A stretch of 64,000 nucleotides of DNA from Flectonema sp. DT1601 (taxonomy: Eukaryota), in the NCBI GenBank assembly GCA_964019425.1, contig OZ025789.1, forward strand, positions 620,001-684,000, written 5' to 3'. Positions 23,227-35,866 of this stretch are shown in pieces (within the stretch, counting starts at the first letter, position 1; each line of letters starts with the position of its first letter). Made by a program: the position numbers and the translations under genes. The notes under the pieces were generated by a model. That model worked only from the letters and a program-made list of their open reading frames with translations, was not told where the DNA came from and did no database searches.

Positions 23227-24652
23227 ATGTTAGTGAATTTTATAACGAGGGGAGCTCGCGGGGTATCCCCGCGCGCGATGAAGCAACTTCGCACCTACGC
23301 AACACTAGAGGAACAGATCGCACAGGGATACCAAGACACGAAGGGTTCAATGGCTGGTCAGAGTACTTTTCATGTATCACTTCAATTCTCTATTGATAAT
23401 CAGAAGCCTGGGTCATTATTTGATGCCCTATTACCTTTTAAGGAAGCGGGAATTAATTTGAGTTCCTTGGCAACGAGGAAGGCTCCTGCTGATGCTCAAG
23501 CGATCACAGTATTCGCTGATATCAATGGAGACGTCAAGGATCCTAAGATTGAAAAGGCGATTGAGGAACTTCGCAGGCAGACAATTTACTGTCAGTTGGT
23601 GAGTTCTGGTGAAATCCCTTGGTTTCCAACATCAATTGAGGGACTTGATGACTTAAACCACTCTACTCTTGCAGGAGGATCGGATTTAGCATCTGACCAT
23701 CCTGGGTTCAATGATGAAGAATACAAGACTCGTCGTAATAAAATCGCATCAATACAATACAAACACGGACAGAAGATTCCAAATGTCAGCTACTCAAAAG
23801 ATGAAGTTAAGACATGGGGTCTTGTTTGGGATAAACTAATGGAATTATACCCAACACATGCTTGTAAGGAATATTTATATAATTTCTCACTCATGGTTGA
23901 AAATTGTGGATACCGACCAGATGCTATCCCTCAGTTAGAAAAAATCTCACAGTACCTCAAGTACAGAACTGGGTTCTCAATTCGACCAGTCACTGGATTG
24001 TTATCACCACGTGACTTTCTTAATGCTTTAGCATTCAGAGTGTTTCACTCTACACAGTATGTTGTGTTACTTTATTACTTTATAAAACTTAAATATTTGT
24101 TATCAATATAACTACAGGTACATCCGACACCCGAGTCTTCCATTCTACACACCAGAACCAGATGTTATCCACGAGTTGATGGGACACTGTGTGTTGTTTG
24201 CTGATAAAGACTTTGCTGATTTCACTCAAAGTATTGGTCTCGCTTCTTTAGGAGCATCGGATGAGACGATCGCTAAACTTGCTTCGTGTTATTGGTTTAG
24301 TGTTGAATTTGGTCTTTGTAAACAAGAAGGTCAATTAAAAGCTTATGGAGCAGGTATATTAGGATCATTTGGTGAATTGGAATACGCTATCAAAGGAACA
24401 GGTGAGGGTGTTGAAGAAGGACCAAAATACCTCGACTGGGATCCTAATGTAGCTGGGGTGACACCATACCCAATTACTACTTTTCAACCGCAATACTTTG
24501 TGGCTGAAAACTTCTCAGATGCTACCTGTAAGATGCAGAAATACGCTCAGTCGTTCGGAAGACCATTTAATCTTGAATACAACCCTTACACATCTTCAGT
24601 TAAGAAACTAACTAAGAACAGCGAGGAATACCTCAGCGGTAGAGAAAGCTAG
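23227..24652 (+). CDS. PAH: Phenylalanine-4-hydroxylase (ACT + aromatic amino acid hydroxylase domain); intron 24057-24117
   Basis: PWFP, DHPGF, THAC, GLLSPRDFL, spliced FHSTQYIRH, YTPEPDVIHELMGH, YWFSVEFGLC, KAYGAG; N-terminal ACT-like segment. Confidence 0.9.
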
Positions 24653-25691
24653 GTCTGGAATGAAATTCCTTGTTTTCTCAAAAAATGTGAAGCAGACATA
24701 TTTTTGTCATTTTTTGAAATTTTTTTTCAAGAAAAAATTCTCCTTTTTTTTTTTTTTTTTTTTATCGTAAAAATCCCGCCGAAAAAAAAAAAAATGGCAA
24801 AACAAACCAAACCTGTTATTTTATTATTCCTCGTAATTCGTTAAAATAAATGTTATAAATCAAAACACTACTTTTAATTCGTTTTGAGTTTTCCCAACGG
24901 CTCAAACAGAATTCTATTTGTGTGTGTAGCATCACTGTCTTACTTTTACTTTGAGTGTAGTAACTGACTCACGCGTTATCATTTGTGTAAGTCGTATGTA
25001 TAGCTTAGCAAGTATTCATTTGGTTTCTTATCGAATGATGCTTTTCCACGTTTCGCAGTATCGAAGCTGTGTTAGTCGTGATTTCTTTTGAAAACTATTT
25101 TTTTTTCTGGTTTGTGATCCGATATAAAGGAGGGAGAGAGAGAGGAACAAAATAAACCTAAATTAAAATAAACATGTTGTGCTTCATTTTTCCAAAAAAA
25201 AAAAAAAAAAAAAAAATTATGAAAAATTCTCTTTCCTTCTACAGTAGCTTTTCTTTTTTCTATTTTTTTTTGTGGGTGTTTTTTTTTCTTTTTTCTTAAC
25301 CCAATGAGAGGTTCAAAAAGCGTAAAGACAACGACCAAAAACGTGCAAGACATCCAAGACAGTAGTCACAAGTACATTACTTGTGATGCCTTACAAATTA
25401 AAACGGTAACTCAGAAGAACACAGTTATCCGATTAAAAAAAAAAAAAAAACAAATATAAAAAAAAAAACGTTTTGCCTTTTTTTTCTTTAAGTCTCCTCT
25501 CTACTTACGCGTTGTCACAAAATAAAGACTTGAGGGGAAAAAAAAAAAAAAAAAAAAGCAACTTCTGATTATCCACATCTATGAAAATGGTGTGAGTAGC
25601 AGCAGTGTTTCTTTATCAGAATGAGTAGTGTTAATGTTATTATTGTTTTCACTCACAAACAGGTGTTTTATCTTAACAAGATAGAGCCTAC

Positions 25692-25860
25692 AATAAACTC
25701 ATATTCTAACTAAATAAGAACTTACTGATGAAGGCCTAAGAGTATAAGATTAAGGCTCCTGAAACTACGTATTCCACAAGTGTATTATGGAACAGCAGAA
25801 CAATTGTGTTTTTTTATAATTTTTCTTTTTTTTATATTTTCATTTAGCGTACTTTTTTAT
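25692..25860 (+). repeat. Solo, internally deleted copy of the hammerhead-bearing terminal repeat
   Basis: 25717-25860 aligns to 51717-51862 with a 10-nt deletion in loop II; preceded by the repeat's own 3' end AATAAACTCATATTCTAACT (25692-25711). Confidence 0.9.
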
Positions 25861-25922
25861 TCAAGACTGAGTCTACTTCACGTTCATCTACCAAATTACT
25901 TCATAGGTTCGACCAACAAAAA

Positions 25923-27305
25923 ATGGCGTACGTCGACTTCACTGGTAAAGCCTTGGAGATGGCGAAGAAGGCTCGTGAACACGACGAGCGTAAAGAATAC
26001 GATGAAGCATACACCTGTTATATCAACGCTATTGAAGGATTCGTCACTGCGGTAAAACACGAAAAAGAAGCAAAGAAAAAAGATATATTAAATGCTAAGG
26101 CAAATCAACTCCTAGACAGAGCAACAGCAGTAAAACAATTTCTAGACCGAGCAAAGGACCAAGGAGGAAGTGGTAGTGGTGGAAGCGCACAGGCACAAAA
26201 AGGTCAACAAAAGAAAGATGACGAAGAAAATGAAAAAATGAAAAGTCAAGTAGACGGTGCAATTGTAGCAGAAAAACCTAACGTTGCTTGGGATGATGTT
26301 GCCGGTTTGGAAGGTGCGAAGGAAGCACTCCGTGAAGCAGTGATCCTACCAATAAGATTTCCTCAATTATTTACTGGTAAAAGAAAACCATGGAGAGGTA
26401 TTCTTATGTACGGACCACCTGGTACTGGTAAGTCATACCTTGCCAAGGCTGTTGCGACAGAATCTGACAGCACTTTCTTCAGCATCTCCTCTGCCGATAT
26501 TATGTCCAAGTGGGTCGGAGAATCTGAAAAACTTGTACGTTCCTTCTTTCAAAGAGCCAGAGAGTGTAAACCAGCTATTATTTTTATCGATGAGATTGAC
26601 TCTTTGTGTGGAGCTCGTGGAGCTGGTGACAATGAAAGCAGTCAACGTGTAAAAACTGAATTCCTTGTTCAAATGCAGGGAGTTGGTAACGATGACAGCG
26701 GCATCTTAGTACTCGCAGCTACTAACTTGCCATGGCAACTTGATAGCGCTATCAGACGTCGTTTTGAGAGAAGAATTGAAATTCCACTTCCGGACGTAGC
26801 AGCGAGAGCTCAGATGTTCAAGATTCACTTGGGAACCACTCCAAACACACTCGCAGATGAAGACTTCGATCTGCTTGCGATAAAATCAGAGATGTACAGT
26901 GGATCTGATATTAATGTTTTAGTCAGGAGTGCTATCATGGAGCCTCTTAGGACACTTCAGGTTGCTATGCACTTCAAAAACTGTAGTGGTCCTGACCCAG
27001 ACAATCCAGAGGTAACTATTCATAATTTATTAACTCCATGTGGACCAGGTGATCCAGGTGCTAAGGAAATGACTTTATTAAAGGTACCAGACCCTAAGAT
27101 GGTTGTCCCACCTCCAATCACAATGGACGACTTCACTCGCGCATTCAGAAACGCACGTCCTTCTGTTTGTAAAGAAGACATCGAAGAACACAAGAAGGTA
27201 TTATTTATTTTTTTTATCATTTGTTGTCTTATTTAGAATTAAAAAAATTTTCTAAAAAAAAAAAAAAAAAAACAGTTTACTCTCGACTTTGGTCAGGAAG
27301 GATAG
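25923..27305 (+). CDS. VPS4: Vacuolar protein sorting 4 AAA ATPase; intron 27198-27275
   Basis: MIT domain, GPPGTGKS, IIFIDEID, SKWVGESEK, LTPCGPGDPGA beta-domain; the final exon gives FTLDFGQEG. Confidence 0.95.
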
Positions 27306-27521
27306 GTCGGAAAAAGGAAACAAAAATTGTAATCCTGCCTGTTGGTCGTTTGTTTGCTTCTTCTTGGCCGTGAGTGTTGTACCGTCGACGTCTTAACCAT
27401 TTCTGTGATACTTTGCGCTGTTTTTCTCTTACTGCTTGAAAGCTGGTGGCACCCTGCGCTTTATCTTGCGTGGAGTTCTGTTCCCAAATAATACTTTACA
27501 AAAGAAGAGGAGTGTGAATGG

Positions 27522-27552
<31 letters not shown>

Positions 27553-27977
27553 CAGTGAGAGAAAAAAGAAACGAATAAAAAGAAAACAAAAATAAAAAAA
27601 GGATTAGCGCTTCCCCCTTTTGCCTTTCAAACTGCTGTCTTTAACTTCGTAGAATATTTGCATACAGGAATTGGCTTTTCTTGCTAACTACTATTTTTTT
27701 CCGCCTGCAAATATTTTCTTCCCTCCGTTCTTGCCCCCTCAATTCTGCTTCATTCAATTTCTTTCTTTTTTTTTTTTTATTATTTGGGGGAGGTTTTGAT
27801 ATATTATATTTGTTAATCTTTTGATACTATTCGCAGATACAATGAGAAAGGATTCCCCCCCCTTCGATTACTTCTTCTCGGTACACCAGACATGCTGACA
27901 AAGGAGGAGTCAACTGATGATAATTACCCATTCATTATTAACGGTTGTTATTTATTTTTATAACTAGCGGGGGGAAG

Positions 27978-30203
27978 ATGGTTGTGTGGGCTTCCAAAGA
28001 GGTTAATGGAACTCCAATTGTACTTTGTGTTCAGTGTGGAGCTGATGACACAGAACCAGAATCTGAAGGAGTTATGAGAGAAGAATACTGCGACGTTCCA
28101 ATGACTGTTTGGGTAACTGATTTTGAAAGCTGCTGGTCAGCAGAGTACCTACCTGAATGTTTAATGGATTCAAGTGATGCAGTGCTAGAAGGTCCTCTAC
28201 CATACAGTTGGTATCATTTTCAAAAAGTCTTCCTACGATCATTCCAACCACGAAACATCAACTGCACGTATCCAACTCCAAAAAACCCAACTCCTGGTTG
28301 CACTGTTTCCGTTGAACTGACATTCGACGGGATAACACCAACTCTGTGGAAACCTACTCTTCGACCAGTTCCTACCTCTTGTATTAAAACACTTAATTTA
28401 TTATTAGTTCATTGTTATTTGTTGATGTCTAGAAAAGTTTCAGATAATCAAAATGGTAACAGCAACACAATAAACTCAAGTGATGAGAATGATGTTATCT
28501 CTTCGAGGGGTTCTACTCCAGAAAATGAGGACCAAGTTCACCCTCCAGAGAATGCATCTCCACATCACAAGTTTAGAAGGAAGAGAGACAGAGCAGCAGC
28601 AGCATGGCAACATGATCGTCCATCGTCACCGTCACCAGAGAAGCCAGGACGGTTTATAAGGCATCAGTTAGTGCAGCAGTCACAACCCAAAGCTATTCGT
28701 CAGCAGAGAGTTCCAAAAATCCAGGCTGTTGGTAAAGTTGTATTGCCAAGTCCAAGAAAGGGAAGTCAAAATAAAAGTTTACTTCCGCTTGTAAGAAAGA
28801 AACCATGGACGTCAGCTTCTGAAGATGATGATAATAGCCATCCAGTGATCTCACCTCCACCTACACCTCCTAAAAGACCTCTTAGAATTCAAGGAAGATC
28901 AGGTCCTAGACAGCGATCAAAGAGAGAATCGTTAACAGTTCAATTGTCTGTTTTCACTGGTAAGAATCCAATTCAGCAACCACTTACTCCGATGTGGGAA
29001 CCACAGCAGCCTTTGACACCTCAAGGACCAGGTGCGAGGTCACCAAATACGTCATTTCAATTTAATCAACAGCAAGCTAATAACTTAATATCAACAACAA
29101 ACCCAACGACGTGTAATATATTAGACTTAGTCACTGATCTGTTTCCAGATTATCCTATCGCTGCAAGGTTAGGTCTGGCTCGATTTGATACGTGGGATTT
29201 TGACTCGATTGGTCTACTCCAAGACTTAGACAAACCTTTATTCGCTGTCGGTTATTTAGCTTTTCATAGATTCGGATTAGTAAGTGCATTTAATCTAGAT
29301 ACTTCGAAGATAAGAAACTTTCTTACAAGAGTTGAAGATCAATACAGCGCCAACCCTTATCATAATAGCAGTCACGCAGCTGATGTAACTCAAGCATTAT
29401 TTATGCTCATTAACATAATGGCTAATGAAGTCACTTACTTTAACATTAGACCAATTGATATGTTAGCAGCGTTAATCGCCGCAGTTGGTCATGACGTTGG
29501 TCATCCTGGATGGAACAACTACCTCGAACAGGCGATGAAAACAGAAAGATCAATGGTGTATAATGATCTTAGTATTTTAGAAAATTATCATTCTTCAACT
29601 CTGTTTCGGACATTGGAAGAGACGGAGTGTAATTTTTTATGTGACCTTCCATCTCCAAAACTAACATATTTAAGAAGTACAGCGGTATCGATGATTCTAG
29701 CTACTGACATGGCGCAAAGTAGTAAATTTGTGTATCAGGCAAAGGCTCTGTTGAGGAGTTGTGAAACAGAAAATCCTCCATCTGAAGACGAGATGCGAAA
29801 GATCTCAATGATTCTCGCTCTTAAGTGTGCAGATGTTAGTAACCCGGCTCGACCAACAGATATTGCAACCCAGTGGGCTGACTGTATCATGGATGAATTC
29901 TTAGGGCAGGGTGATAAAGAAAAGCTTCTTGGTATTCCTATAACTAAATACATGGACAGGTCTGAGCATAATGATGAAATGATGAAGAAGTGTCAAATTG
30001 GGTTCATAACTTTTGTAGTCGAACCTCTCTTTCAAGTTATGTCTAACGTCATGTCAGTTGGAAAGGAAAGCAGCAGCGCATTAGAAGAAGTATTTCAGTC
30101 ATTAAAATCTAATCAGGCTTACTGGGAAGGTGATGAACAGAATCCAGAAAATGACAGCGTCAAGAAATGGAGAGTGTCACTACCAGCACCTTTAAAGGCT
30201 TAA
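27978..30203 (+). CDS. Class I cyclic nucleotide phosphodiesterase with long low-complexity N-terminal region
   Basis: NPYHNSSHAADV, HDVGHPGWNN, YNDLSILENYH, ILATDM, KCADVSNP, EFLGQGDKEK, QIGFI. Confidence 0.92.
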   Translation: MVVWASKEVNGTPIVLCVQCGADDTEPESEGVMREEYCDVPMTVWVTDFESCWSAEYLPECLMDSSDAVLEGPLPYSWYHFQKVFLRSFQPRNINCTYPTPKNPTPGCTVSVELTFDGITPTLWKPTLRPVPTSCIKTLNLLLVHCYLLMSRKVSDNQNGNSNTINSSDENDVISSRGSTPENEDQVHPPENASPHHKFRRKRDRAAAAWQHDRPSSPSPEKPGRFIRHQLVQQSQPKAIRQQRVPKIQAVGKVVLPSPRKGSQNKSLLPLVRKKPWTSASEDDDNSHPVISPPPTPPKRPLRIQGRSGPRQRSKRESLTVQLSVFTGKNPIQQPLTPMWEPQQPLTPQGPGARSPNTSFQFNQQQANNLISTTNPTTCNILDLVTDLFPDYPIAARLGLARFDTWDFDSIGLLQDLDKPLFAVGYLAFHRFGLVSAFNLDTSKIRNFLTRVEDQYSANPYHNSSHAADVTQALFMLINIMANEVTYFNIRPIDMLAALIAAVGHDVGHPGWNNYLEQAMKTERSMVYNDLSILENYHSSTLFRTLEETECNFLCDLPSPKLTYLRSTAVSMILATDMAQSSKFVYQAKALLRSCETENPPSEDEMRKISMILALKCADVSNPARPTDIATQWADCIMDEFLGQGDKEKLLGIPITKYMDRSEHNDEMMKKCQIGFITFVVEPLFQVMSNVMSVGKESSSALEEVFQSLKSNQAYWEGDEQNPENDSVKKWRVSLPAPLKA

Positions 30204-30675
30204 GGGGTAGACTCCAAAACATGTGCTGTGAAAAAGAATAAAAAAAAATCAGATAATCATTAGATTTTTTAATTAAGTGGAATAAAAAAATTTAAGAAAA
30301 AAAAAAAAAGAAACACCCCATCCCACTACCATCCCCTAACCCTCTATGTTCGCTGCGTCATTTCTGTTATTTGGTTCTTTATTGTTAGTGATTGTGCTTG
30401 TTAGTTTTTTTCTACCCTCATTTCTCTTTTTATAATTGTTTTCACATACATTTAGTTAAATATTTCCTTATATCTCACTACGATTATATTCCCCTATGGT
30501 TGCTCGGTAAAAGACATAAATCATTGACAGTAAAAAGAGCTCCAAAGTGCAAGACCAAAAGAAAAAAAAAAAAAAAAAAAAATCCGATCAAAGACCGACT
30601 TAATAATTGTGCGAACCGAAAAAAAAAAAAAAAAAAAAACACACTTTTTTTCTTTTTTTTTTTTTTTGATTGGTG

Positions 30676-30711
<36 letters not shown>

Positions 30712-32832
30712 TTTATAAAGGTAATTTGCAAATAATTGGTCTGTAAAAAGCTGTGTTTACAATGTGAGATGCTACTGAGGAGAGCACCTTTCACCCCATT
30801 CTCTTTTACTTCTTTTTGCTCGTTCGTTCTCTGTTATGTGATTATACTTGTGATGCCTTCCTTTTATTAAAAAGAATAACAACTTATAGCTTATGTTTAG
30901 ATCGTTGTGGAACAGACATATTTTTTTTGATTTTCTTTTTTTTTTCACCCCTTCACATACAGAAAACATGACATCTCAAAATCTCTCCCCTTCAACACAA
31001 TTAGAGTTGGGGGGGGGCGAATTTTGGTGTTATATAACGGCTTAAAAACCTTTTTTTTTTTTTTTTTTTTAATTTTTTTTTAAATATATTTTTGTTTGCA
31101 ATAAATTAGTCCCGTGAATGTCTTAAGTGTAATTTTTTTTTTTTTTTTTAAACTTAATCACTGCAACTCTTCAACACAAAAATTTGTGGCAATGCAACGC
31201 AATGCAATCAACAACGAGGGATAAAGAATCGCTTTTTTCATAGCGACTTATTTTCGTAAAAAAAAAAAATATATCTCTCTGTTTGTTTGATTAAAGTGAC
31301 GAGATCTTCTTCTTTTTTTTTCTTCTTTTTTTTCTTCTTAGGAATGATGTCCTGTACAGGAATAAAACTGAATTGCTTAAAATAGGGTGAAGGTCCACTC
31401 TTATTTTTTTTTTTTAAAAAATGTTTCAACGCAAGAAAGCTTATATTCCTTATGTCTGGCATCCTTAAAAAATACCCTAAGTTTGTTGATTAACGAAATC
31501 GCTTTTTATGTTTAAATAACCTGATGGAGTGACGAGGTCACTTTCTCTGTGGTTTTTCCGTAAAAGTGCAAACAACCCCCTCCCTTACAATACTTTTATA
31601 TTTATATCATTATATAGGTATGCTCAACCTTTTTTTTACAATTTCTTTTGCAAAAAAAAAAAAAAAAGTTTTTTTTTTTGTTATCGAAAAAACTCCTCAA
31701 ATGTTTTAAATCAATATAATCTTTTAATAGAGCGGCGAAAGTGCGTGTTTTCGTCTGCTTTTTTTGTGAGTCGAGGATGGAAGTTTTTTTTAAATACAAG
31801 TGGACGAGGTTTGAGTTCTTATTTTGGTAAACTGAAGTTATCTTTTGACTGGATTTTCTTTAGTCGGTACGAAAAAAAAAAAAAAAGAGAACGACAGTCG
31901 CACCTTTCCTGCGATGCACGGGCTGACAAACAACAATAATAGCTCAAGGCAGGTCTTTGACAACTAGCCAGCAACACGTCTTCAAGACATTTGTGAATTT
32001 CTTTATCAATAATGAACAAGAGAAGGCAATTAAACGGTTTGTGCATATTCGAAATTAATTATTGATTTTTCGGATTGCTTTCTATCATTACGCTGATTAC
32101 TTGCTTTTTTTTTTTCTTGTTTCTGTTTTTTTTCGATTCGGTTATTGATCGCAGCAAACATTCATGACCATCACAACAACGCACTGTTTCTGTTGAGCAA
32201 CTGTTATTTTATTTATTTATTTTTTTTCTGTTTAAAGATTAGTACTGAAAGGAGGTGTGTCCAATTATTTCTAGTGGAGCCGACAGACGAGACTAACTGG
32301 TATGGTGCCTTATGGCAACTTTATTGGAAGATTTTTTTTCTCGTATGTTCTGAAGAGTTATCTTCGTAAGCGCGTCTTTTACGTGTTGTTTTCCTTTGAT
32401 GAGAGTTATTTTTAATAAAAAAAAAAAAAAAAAAAAAAATCACAATTTTGGTTTGGGAACCTTGGTTCTCTTTCCTTAACTGAAGATAAATTCTTCATAC
32501 AGGCTTCGTCTTATGGCGGTGAAAGCCTTCATAGTAGCGAATAAATTCTCTTTTTTTTTTTTTTAAATACCCACTCAGACGTGATGCCGAAGATACTGTC
32601 TTCGTGTCAGAGGTTTGTCAGCGCTTTATGGCAGTGACATCTTTATTCACTTTTTTATGTTTTTTTTTCTTTCAAATTTTGGTTATTAATTTTTTTATTA
32701 ATACCTAAAGTTTGTTACTGTTTTTTTTACATTATCATATTTTTTCACTTACTTTTTATTAAATTATTTCATTATTTCTTTTGTTTTTTTTTCTTCTTTT
32801 TTGTTGAGATGTCGTTGCAGTTAAAAAATGTG

Positions 32833-32867
<35 letters not shown>

Positions 32868-35866
32868 TTCCCGAAAATTAAACTATTATTTGTTTGTTTA
32901 TTTAATTTCTTTCAAAAAAAAAAAAGGGGGTGATTTCACCTTTATTTTTCGCAAGTAAAAAGTTTCATTGAGGGGAATATTTTCTTTATGTGAGATAACA
33001 AGCAACTGGTGTTAAGTCAACAGGTTCAGTTTTCATTTTAAATTAAATTATTATTTATTGATTTAATATTTATTTATTCTTTTTTTTTTTCTATTCAGTA
33101 TGGAGGGAGCATTCACTAGCTGATGCTAGTCTGTGACTGGTTGGCGTCCTTAAAACAAACCATCAGCTTTCCGTGCTAATCCGAAGGAGAAGGGGGAGAA
33201 AAAAAAAAAAAAGAAATACATTTTTCACGTTCCGCTTCCCATTTTCTGGTAGTATTTCTTTCTTATTTTTTCTTTTACAAAAAGTGTGGCCTTTTTTTTT
33301 TTTCATTAATTTTTTTTCGGATAAAAAATAAACCTGGAAGACAGAGCAGATTGCAGCTGTTTTTTTGCATATACTAGTAATGCTCTGTAATCTCTCAAAA
33401 TTAAAAAAAAAGACTACAAAATTCATGTTTCTTTTTTCGTGTGTGTTTCATACTTGTTGTTATTGAAGAAATAAGGAAAAAAAAAAAAAAAAAAAGAGAA
33501 GTTAACCGAGAGGGATAAGATATTCCTTCATCTCTTAGTGAGTAATTCACGAGTCCTATTTGGTAAGGAATTGAGTTGTGTTCTAAACGTAGTGGGTTTT
33601 ATTTCTTTCCTTGATATTAGCAACGGCATAAGCCTTTTTATCTTTCCATTTATATTTTTTTTTGTCTTTTTGCTGGTGCTCAACAGAATAGAACCTTAAT
33701 TTTTTTCTATTGTATGCTGGGGGGGGAGGAGGATGTAGCTAGGTACCGTGAGTTAACTTAGATGTTAATATTTTATTTACTTTTTTTTTTTTTTTTTCCT
33801 TTTTCTGAGGAAATTTTTAATATGGATGACAAACACCCAAACCCCACACTGCAATGGGGCACTCAATCCCCATGTTCGATAGATACTATCGAAAGCAACA
33901 CCGTCTAGTCTTTTTGCTAATTCAGTTTTTAGTATGAAGTTCAGTTTTGTACTTTACTAACAACATTACAACTTAAGAGACCAAAAGTCGGATGATTTGC
34001 GAATTTTTTTCTCTTTGTGCGACATTTAACAAACACGCGTATGTTGTTTATCTGCTTTTTTTTGAGTTAGTAATTAAACGACAAGTTTATAACATTTTTG
34101 CGACAAACATAAGTCAGCGTATTCATTTTATTTGATTCTTTTTTGTTTTAAAGAATTTATGTGAAAAAAGTTTGACACAAATTTAAGCCTTTTATAATTA
34201 TTTATATATATTTTTGATGTGTTGAGGAATACATCATCGAGTGCTGTTTGTTTAATTATCATCCAGAGAAATTCGCCTCACCTTTTTTTTTTTTTTTTTT
34301 TCCCTGCGAATTTTCTTATGTGTGGAGTAGTTTAATTCTTCATTTTGTATTAGGAACCCTGTTTTTTTTATTATTATTATAATTTTACTGTTTTTTTTTT
34401 TAGTAGTCTGTATTTTATCAACCATTCCAGACAGAGTTCTGTAGCGTGCTTTGGCTGAGAGTCATTAACTCTCTCGCAGTGACGTATCTCCTTCGGAAAC
34501 TGAAAGGATCCTTTCTGTAATGACGAAAAAAAAAAAAAAAAAAAAGTTAAGTCCCTCAGCTCTGAAGGGATGATTAAAAATTAAAAAAAAAAAACTATGA
34601 ATGCTTTCCTCCTGGTTCGTAACCCGCATTCTTCACGCACAGTACTCTTTGGATGACTTCGGGGAAAGAAGCAACAAAAGGAAAAAAAAAAAAAAAAAAA
34701 GAAATGTCAGGGGTTTGTTTTTTTTTCCATTCCCTCTCTTTTTAGCCACCTGACAAAGTTGTGTGGTTTTGGTTTGCTTTTTTTTATTTTTTTTATATAA
34801 ATAGTTACTACAGTATTATATTTTCTCATAAAAAAAATCTCATGGTAAAAAAGGAAGAAAAGAAACGACACGATTTTATTATGTAATTCCAACTATCGAT
34901 TGAGCCAATTGCGAGTAGAACAAAATGAGGTCTGTTCAGTGACAGAACCTTGCGTTAGCAGTTTGGCTTAACAAACCTTTTTTTTTTTTTTTTTTTTTTT
35001 TTTTCCAAACAAAAGTATCCTCGTAAGGTATTGAAGAATTTCCTCCCAAAAATTATTTCATTACAAGGACGTTTATATTTTTTTTTTTGTACAGAGAGCA
35101 GCTTGATTAAAAGAAATCTTGCTAACGCTGCCTAGACGATTATGAATCGTCGTTTTTGCGGCCGAAGAGCAGTTGATATGCTAGACAAAACAAAACAAAC
35201 AAAAAATGAAGAACAGCACTAAACTCCTGTTAAAGCGAGTTTAGGACTTCCTCTGCAACTTTCTTTTTTTTTTTTTTTTCCCCCACTCTTTTCTTCCTGC
35301 TTATCTTTTTCTTGCAGGAATGCGGTGAACAGAGCAAGCACTGAAAACGTCTGCTTTCACTATTCGCTGTGGAGTTCTTTTAAAAAAAGAACCCCCTTTT
35401 TGAGCAGACTGCGTAGTCATGAGATATAATTTTGGATTTCAAAAAAAAAAAAAAAAAAAAAGTGACAAGCCACATTGATCTTTCACGGAGACCACACGAA
35501 AAAAAAAAAAGAAAAACAAACAAACAAAAATCGTAGAGAGCTCTTACCCTAGATACAACACCATAACCGTTCTTTGGGATCAAAATTCTGTTTTCTTCTT
35601 ATTTTATTATCAGTTTTCTAAATTTTAATATTAATGGTTCTAAAGATTTTCTCTTAAATCCCATCGGTCACCCAACCCCCCGTGTGTTATCCATTTCAAT
35701 TTTTGTTTATCGCGTACTTTACTTTTTTTTTTTTTTAAAAAAAAAACATTACTGAAAAACTTTCATTTTTATTTTATTTTATTTTTCAAGTCAGGTGTCC
35801 ACAGGAAACTGTGATTAAAGAAAAGTTATTCGGAGGTACTGCTATGACTTACAGTAGGAGAAAGTG

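Noticed and set aside
32471..32528. Another possible nested hammerhead (CTGAAGA...AGGCT...GAAAGCCT)
   Set aside because: No stem II and no stem I adjacent to the triplet; chance or too decayed to call.
34549..34630. AAGTCCCTCAG match to the terminal repeat and a GGTTCG T-loop-like word
   Set aside because: An 11-nt match with no flanking similarity; no tRNA cloverleaf.
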